From: the human T2T-CHM13v2.0 reference genome, Homo sapiens
Direction: 5' to 3' (one strand)
NCBI RefSeq assembly: GCF_009914755.1
Contig: NC_060932.1
Length of the DNA stretch: 64,000 nt
In this document: one piece after another, positions 58,501-64,000 of the stretch
Numbering within the stretch: position 1 is the stretch's first letter
Layout of the letters: every line of letters begins with the position of its first letter
Made by a program: the position numbers and the translations under genes
The notes under the pieces: generated by a model
Seen by the model: the letters and a program-made list of their open reading frames with translations, nothing else
Databases searched by the model: none
What the model was told of the DNA's origin: nothing

Positions 58501-60180
58501 CCATGGCTTTGAGCATCTCCACCACCCCTGTGACATTGCAGGATACAGCCTGTTTGGCTGTTTTTTCACAGGTTTTTCCAGGTGCACAGTGCAAGTTGTG
58601 AGAGGATCTACCATTCTGGGGCTGAAGGATGGTGGCCCTTTTCTCACAGCTCCACTAGGCAGTGCCTCAGTGGGGACCCTGTGTGGGGGCTCCCAACTCC
58701 TATTTCCCTTCTGCACTGCCCTAGCAGATGTTCTCCATGAGGGCTCCACCTCTGCAGCACACCTATCCTGGACATCCAGGTGTTTCCATACATCCTCTGA
58801 AATCTAGGTGGAGGTTCCCAAACCTTAATTCTTGACATCTGTGCAACCACAGGCCCAACACCACGTGTAAGCCACAAAAGCTTGGGTCTTGCATCCTCTG
58901 AATCAATGCCCTGAGCTGTACATTGACACCTTTTAGCTACAGCTGGGACGCAGGGCACCAAGTCTTGAGACTACGCAAAGCAGCAAGGTTTTGGACCTGG
59001 CTCACTAGCCCATTTTTTCCTCCTAGGCCTCCCAGCCTGTGATGGGAGAGGCTGCTGTGAAGACCTCTGACATGACCTGGAGATATTTTCCCCATTGCCT
59101 TAGAGATTAACATTTGGCTCCTTGTTACTTATGTGTTTTTCTGCAGGGGGCTTGAATTTCTCCTCAGAAATGGGTTTTTCTTTTCTATTGCATCATCAGG
59201 CTACAAATATTCTAAACTTTTGTGTTCTGCTTCCCTTTTAAAATAAGTTCCAATCTCAAAACATATCTCTGTGAATAAACAAAACTGAATGCTTTTAAGA
59301 GCACACAAGTCACATCTTCACTTTGATGCTTAGAAATTTCTTCCACCAGATACCTTAAATTCTTTCTCTCAAGTTCAAAGTTCCACAGATCTCTAGGGCA
59401 GGGGCAAAATGTTATCAGTCTCTTTGCTAAAGCATAGCAAGAATCACCTTTGCTTTTCTTGGATTTTATTGCCCATATCACTATCAGCATTGTGGCTAAA
59501 GCCATTCAACAAGTCTCTAGGAAGTTCCAAACTTTCCGGCATCTTCTTGTCTTCTGAGCCCTCCAAGTCTCTAGAAAGTTCCAAACTTTTCCACATTTTC
59601 CTGTCTTCTTCTAAGCCCTCCACACTATTCTAATCTTTGCCTGTTATCCATTCCAAAGTGACTTCCACATTTTCAGATACCTTTACAGTAGCACCCTACT
59701 CCTGGTACCAATTTACTATACTAGTTTTCACGCTGCTAATAGTGACATACCCAAGACTAAGTAGTTTCTAAAACAAAGAGGTTTAACTGATGCGTAGTTC
59801 CACATGGCTGAAGAGGCATCACAATCAAGATGGAAGGTGAAAAAAAAGCAAAATCACATCTCATATGGTGGTAGGCAAGAGAGGGTGTGCAGGGGAACTG
59901 CCCTTATAAAACCATCAGATATCATGAGTCTTATTCACTATCACAAGAACAGCATGGGAAAAACCCACCCTCATGAATCAATTACAACCCAGTTGGTCCC
60001 TCCCGTGATAGGTGGGGATTACAGGAGCTACAATTCAAGATGAGATTCAGTTGGGGACACAGCCAAACCATATCAGACCACATGTCAAAAGTGAACGACT
60101 CTAGGTAAAGGGTATATGCTTGCTTTTAGTACTATTTTTGTAGCTTGTCTGCAAATCTGAAAATATATTTAAAAATAAAC
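55550..60180 (+). mobile_element. L1MC-type LINE (ORF2 RT region to 3' end), interrupted by the THE1 element
   Basis: tagatgcagaaaaaatatttgac (IDAEKAFD region) and tttgcagatgaaata (FADD region). L1MC3/4-like 3' UTR at about 57350-57800, continuing at 60076-60180. Confidence 0.75.
57806..60075 (-). mobile_element. Two-LTR THE1 (THE1C-like) MaLR element: LTR 57806-58130, internal 58131-59716, LTR 59717-60075
   Basis: Both LTRs end ...gacacagccaaaccatatca. THE1-int phrases (gagacaaggcaagtc, ccaaaatgatctcctttga, ctggtaccaatttac). TSD gacta/gacca (4/5 match). Confidence 0.93.
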
Positions 60181-60184
60181 ATAT

Positions 60185-60760
60185 GAGCTCATGCCACTTT
60201 CTTGATTTCAGCTTTCTAATGGTATTTCATCACAATTATAATAAAATCCAATAACCTGCCATGATTTATGAGGCCTTATATAATCTTGCCTAAGAATTTA
60301 CCTCTTCAATTTTATTTTTGTTACTTTCCTTGCTCACTCTGCTCAGACGACACCAACCTTTTTGCCATTTCTCAAGTATTCCAAATGGAGTCTCTTCTTG
60401 TGCCTTTTGTATGTGGCAGTCTTGTTCTGCCTGAATCATTCTTTTCTCAGATGCTTACCTATCATATCCCTGCACTTTATATGGGTCTCTGACCAAAAAA
60501 GAATCCTTTGGTCTTCCCATGTTAAAAAAAATCTTCCCTGTTGCTCTCTGTCCCCACTTATCCTGTGTTTCATTTCTCCACAACACTGAATGCTTATTAA
60601 CATATTATTTTCTATTTATTAGTTATCTTTTATTCTAGAGTTTATGTGCAATTTTTGATCTTGTTCATATCCATGTAGCTAGAACATAGAGAAGCCTTTG
60701 GCATTTGGCCTATATTCATAGTCTTGTAAGTATTGGAGGAGCACACAAATGAATTAATAA
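60185..60760 (+). mobile_element. L2 3' fragment
   Basis: atcacaattataataaaatccaataacctgccatg...gaggccttatataatcttgcc...tgctcactctgctcagac...cttgttcatatccatgtagctagaacatag. Confidence 0.6.
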
Positions 60761-60772
60761 GATATTCAAGTA

Positions 60773-61105
60773 CAGTTACATGCTACATAGAGGTTTTTCA
60801 GTCAAAGACCACAAAAACAAAAGTGTTCCCATCAGATTATAATACAGTATTTTTACTGTCCATTTTCTATGTTTAGATACAGAAATATTTATTATTGTGT
60901 TGCAGTTGCCTACAGTACTCAGTACAGTAACATGCTGTATAGATTTGTAGGCTAGGAACAATAGGCAATACGGTATAGCCTAGGTGTGTAACAGACTACA
61001 CAATCCAGGTTTGCATAAGTGCATTCTATAGCATTCTCACAACAACAAAATACCTAAGGACACATTTCTCAGAATACATCCCTGTCATTAAGCGACATAT
61101 GACTA
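60773..61105 (-). mobile_element. Tigger3a/MER7A DNA transposon
   Basis: Full ~330-bp match (gattataatacagtatttttactg...cacatttctcagaatacatccctgtcattaagcgacatatgacta). Flanked by TA dinucleotides at 60771-60772 and 61106-61107. Confidence 0.88.
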
Positions 61106-61720
61106 TAATTGTTTGATTATGCTTGGGATAATGAATGCCTCAGAAAAGGGATAATAAACCTCTAGGCTATCATAAAAGCAAAGATCAGAAAAGCTTCCTT
61201 TATTGTGTGTGTCTGTAGCCTCTCTCCATATGCTGTGTTTGTTGTCCTTAAATATATTCAGAGAACCTGAACATTGTCAATGATGTGCTGTAAGTACCAC
61301 CCCATCCAGAATATGAAATTCACTGGGACTTTGTCCAAGTTTTTTTTTTTGTTCATGTGTACTAAATTTTTATATATACCCCAAAGAGTGTTTAGAGTTG
61401 TGAGAAACTTAATTTTATTCCCTAACTTTGTGCAATTTGTGAACTTGATAATCCTTAGTTTTCATTTCTTCTCTCAAGTTTGTGTTGGCCTTATTGAAGG
61501 TAGTGTCAGGATCATCTACTAACCATAAATCATAAATCATAAATGAAGATAACTAAATAAATACCATGTATTTGAAATACAAGAGTCAAGGTAGACTTCC
61601 AAGTATTTTGTCCAAACAACTGTCAAATGATGTGTGGCTTTTGAAAATAAGAGAGCTCCATTACATTGCATGGTTGGTCTCATTAATAGGAAGTTATTAA
61701 CAAATTCTAAGTGAATAAAT

Positions 61721-62016
61721 GTTTGCTGTTGTTGTTGAGACAGGGTCTCACTCTGTCTCCCAGGCTGAGTGCAGTGGCATGACCATGGCTCACTGCAGCC
61801 TCAACTGCCTGGGCTCAGGGATCCTCTTGCCTCAGCCTCCCAAGTAGCTGGGACTACAGTCGTGCACCACAATGCCCAGCTAATTTTTGATTTTTTTGTA
61901 GAGACAGGAACTTGTTATGTTGCCCAGGCTGGTCCTGAACTCTTGGCTTCAAGAGATACTCCAGACTTGGCCTCCCAAAGTGCTGAGGTTACAGGTGAAA
62001 GCCACTGTGCTTGGCC
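61721..62016 (-). mobile_element. AluJ
   Basis: gagacagggtctcactctgtc, cactgcagcctcaac, gggctcagggatcctc, tatgttgcccaggctgg. Confidence 0.92.
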
Positions 62017-63199
62017 AAGAGATGGCTTTTAACAGCTGACGAGAAATGCTTACCACATAGAATTAAAACTCTGAAGTGTGATGTAGTGACGTGGGAACTG
62101 ATTCTGGAGTGTGGGGAATTGGGTTCTGTTCTAAGCTCTGTCACTATCAGACCTACCACCTGCTTGGACAAGTTTTTACTCTTTTGAAACCTCTGCATCT
62201 TATAACCAACACAAGGAATTTGGACTAGATAAAAACTAAGACTCTTTCCTGTTATAATATTCCATGATTTTAGGCTGAGCCAATTCAGGGACATTATTTT
62301 TTATAAAATGATTAAGTGGCAGAAGCAGCCAAGAAAACATCTGTAAGACTTCCACATTTTTAGGGGAAATATAGAGCTTACATCTCAGAGGGCACAAGGT
62401 TAACTCTCGTCCATGATGATGAGCTTTTTTCAGGTGTACGTGCCCTTTCTGTGATTCCCAGCACTGCACTGTATTTAAGTCTAATTAAATCTTTTTGTAC
62501 AAACTTTAAATACACTTAATTAAAACAGGTAGACTAGGGATGATAAATTCCAGAAGTAAGTAGGTTAAAGTGCAGGCTCATTTCTTCTGCTAATTAGTTG
62601 AAGGATGATCTTCCTTGCCAAGGGGCCGAATGACAGGAGATTCATTTCTTCAATTTAAATCTGTTTTTAAATGTCTTTCTGAAGCCTTTAGGCTTTGGAA
62701 TTTGAATTCTATAAAATTCAATGCTGGGGATTATCTCTTTTTCTTTTATACTTAAACCCTAAGCAAGGTTCAATAGAGATCCAAGCATTATAGAGCACCC
62801 AGTGGTCATTGAGTCCACACACTTAGTCAGCAAAACAGTCCGCGTGGTAATTTTAATCATCACTCCATCACTCTTGAGAGACTGGCCTAACTTCATATAT
62901 TATGATAGATTTTTTGAAACTGTGACTTATTCATTAAATGTTCGATTCTTTGAAATACTTAGCTTGGCACTGAATTGATAAATTTGATTTCCCAGCACTG
63001 CAGCTGTAATCATCCTGTGTGTTTAAATCTGCTCCTATTCAAGGGTCAGTAGTATGGCTGGGGAGGCATAGTCCCAACTGGTTTTGAAAATAATTCTCAC
63101 AGTCCCCCAAGGTGGTGACTGCAATTTGGATTTTGTTTCATATTGCGATGACAATGTAATCATTACACTATTACAGAAATTAAAGAATTGTGGCATATA

Positions 63200-63277
63200 T
63201 TAGGTTGGTGGGAAAAATTGCAGTTTTTGCTATTACTTTCAATGGCAAAAACCACAATCGCTTTTGCACCAACCTAA
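63200..63277. mobile_element. MADE1 (Hsmar1-derived mariner MITE)
   Basis: ttaggttggtg...gcagtttttgctattactttcaatggcaaaaaccacaatcgcttttgcaccaacctaa. Palindromic ~80 bp with TA TSDs at 63198-63199 and 63278-63279. Confidence 0.93.
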
Positions 63278-63907
63278 TACAATCCGTAATTTATGTTGCT
63301 GATTGCAAGTATTGTCTGCATTCACATCACTATATTTTATTTTCTTTTGATGTTGGGGCATGATGTGAGGAAGACTCCTTTTGACATGCTAAAATGTTTC
63401 TATCTTCTTAAAACCATATTCTGCATAGGAATAAACATTTTTTTCTATGAAATTTCACCAATGCAGAACATGCTTGACATGAATCTGGAGGAAGATTTGG
63501 GGGCCTTGCAGAGGCCTGGTACACCTGCTGACACTGGTGTAGACATTGTGTGGTACATAACAGCTACTTTCCATGGAGTGTCTTCTTATCATGTGAGTAA
63601 TAAGTGCTAAGCATTCAAGCTGGCCTCACCTTCCTTCTATTTCCTTGCTATTATCTTAGAACCCTTCTAATGTTTCTCCTATAATAGTATTCCAAGAACT
63701 GTACCTGCAAAAAGGGATCTATGACCTCTATAATAATTTTGAATTGTAATATACTGATGAGCTAAAAAAAAATCCAAGCATTTTTTTCTTTCATTTATTT
63801 GTCAAGCATTTATTGAAATCACTCTTCTAGGCTCTGAGAGGAAAAACTGCCCTAGTGGAGTTTTATTTGTTTGTTAAATGATAACTGAATTTATAGTTCT
63901 TGGCTCA

Positions 63908-64000
63908 CTTTTTAAGACATTTTTAAGACCAATTTTGGGTTCACAGCAAAATTAAGAGAAATATAGAGAGATTTCCCATATACTCTCTCTCCCTACACTT
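63908..64000 (-). mobile_element. L1MC1/2-like 3' end (continues beyond the window)
   Basis: ttttgggttcacagcaaaattaagagaaatatagagagatttcccatatact. Confidence 0.75.

Noticed and set aside
59510-59621. ~54-bp tandem duplication caagtctctag(g/a)aagttccaaacttt...
   Set aside because: I recall this duplication in other THE1 internal sequences, so it is probably a subfamily feature rather than locus-specific (not verified).
58298-59633. Overlapping ~100-aa ORFs in the THE1 internal region
   Set aside because: Decayed MaLR internal sequence with no continuous ORF.
63293-63610. 105-aa ORF with a hydrophobic N-terminus in non-repeat DNA
   Set aside because: No recognisable homology or promoter context. 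Kept only as part of the weak exon-candidate observation.

Overview
AT-rich, CpG-depleted primate genomic DNA. AluJ/S/Y, L1PA and THE1 elements indicate human or a close catarrhine relative. The window is non-coding (intergenic or deep intronic). No intact protein-coding gene, full RNA gene, CpG island or CRISPR array is supported. The listed ORFs are repeat-derived or chance; the only recognisable peptides are broken L1 ORF2p and ERV-L gag/pro/RT/dUTPase remnants. Roughly half or more of the window is interspersed repeats: 13 Alus, L1s of several ages, L2/MIR, Tigger3, MER1, MADE1, solo MaLR/ERVL LTRs, a two-LTR THE1 element and an ancient two-LTR LTR16C/ERV-L provirus. The most unusual spot is 15.1-18.1 kb, a nested LTR stack whose MLT1D has acquired a locally copied ~320-bp duplication, an expanded 29-bp minisatellite with a fold-back repeat, and a tailless retrocopy of the 5' half of tRNA-Gly(TCC). 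A repeat-poor, motif-rich stretch at ~50.7-53.5 kb is a candidate enhancer, and a few + strand exon-like segments could belong to a lncRNA. I found no evidence of a new multi-gene biological system. Repeat subfamily names come from remembered consensus sequences and need RepeatMasker/Dfam confirmation.
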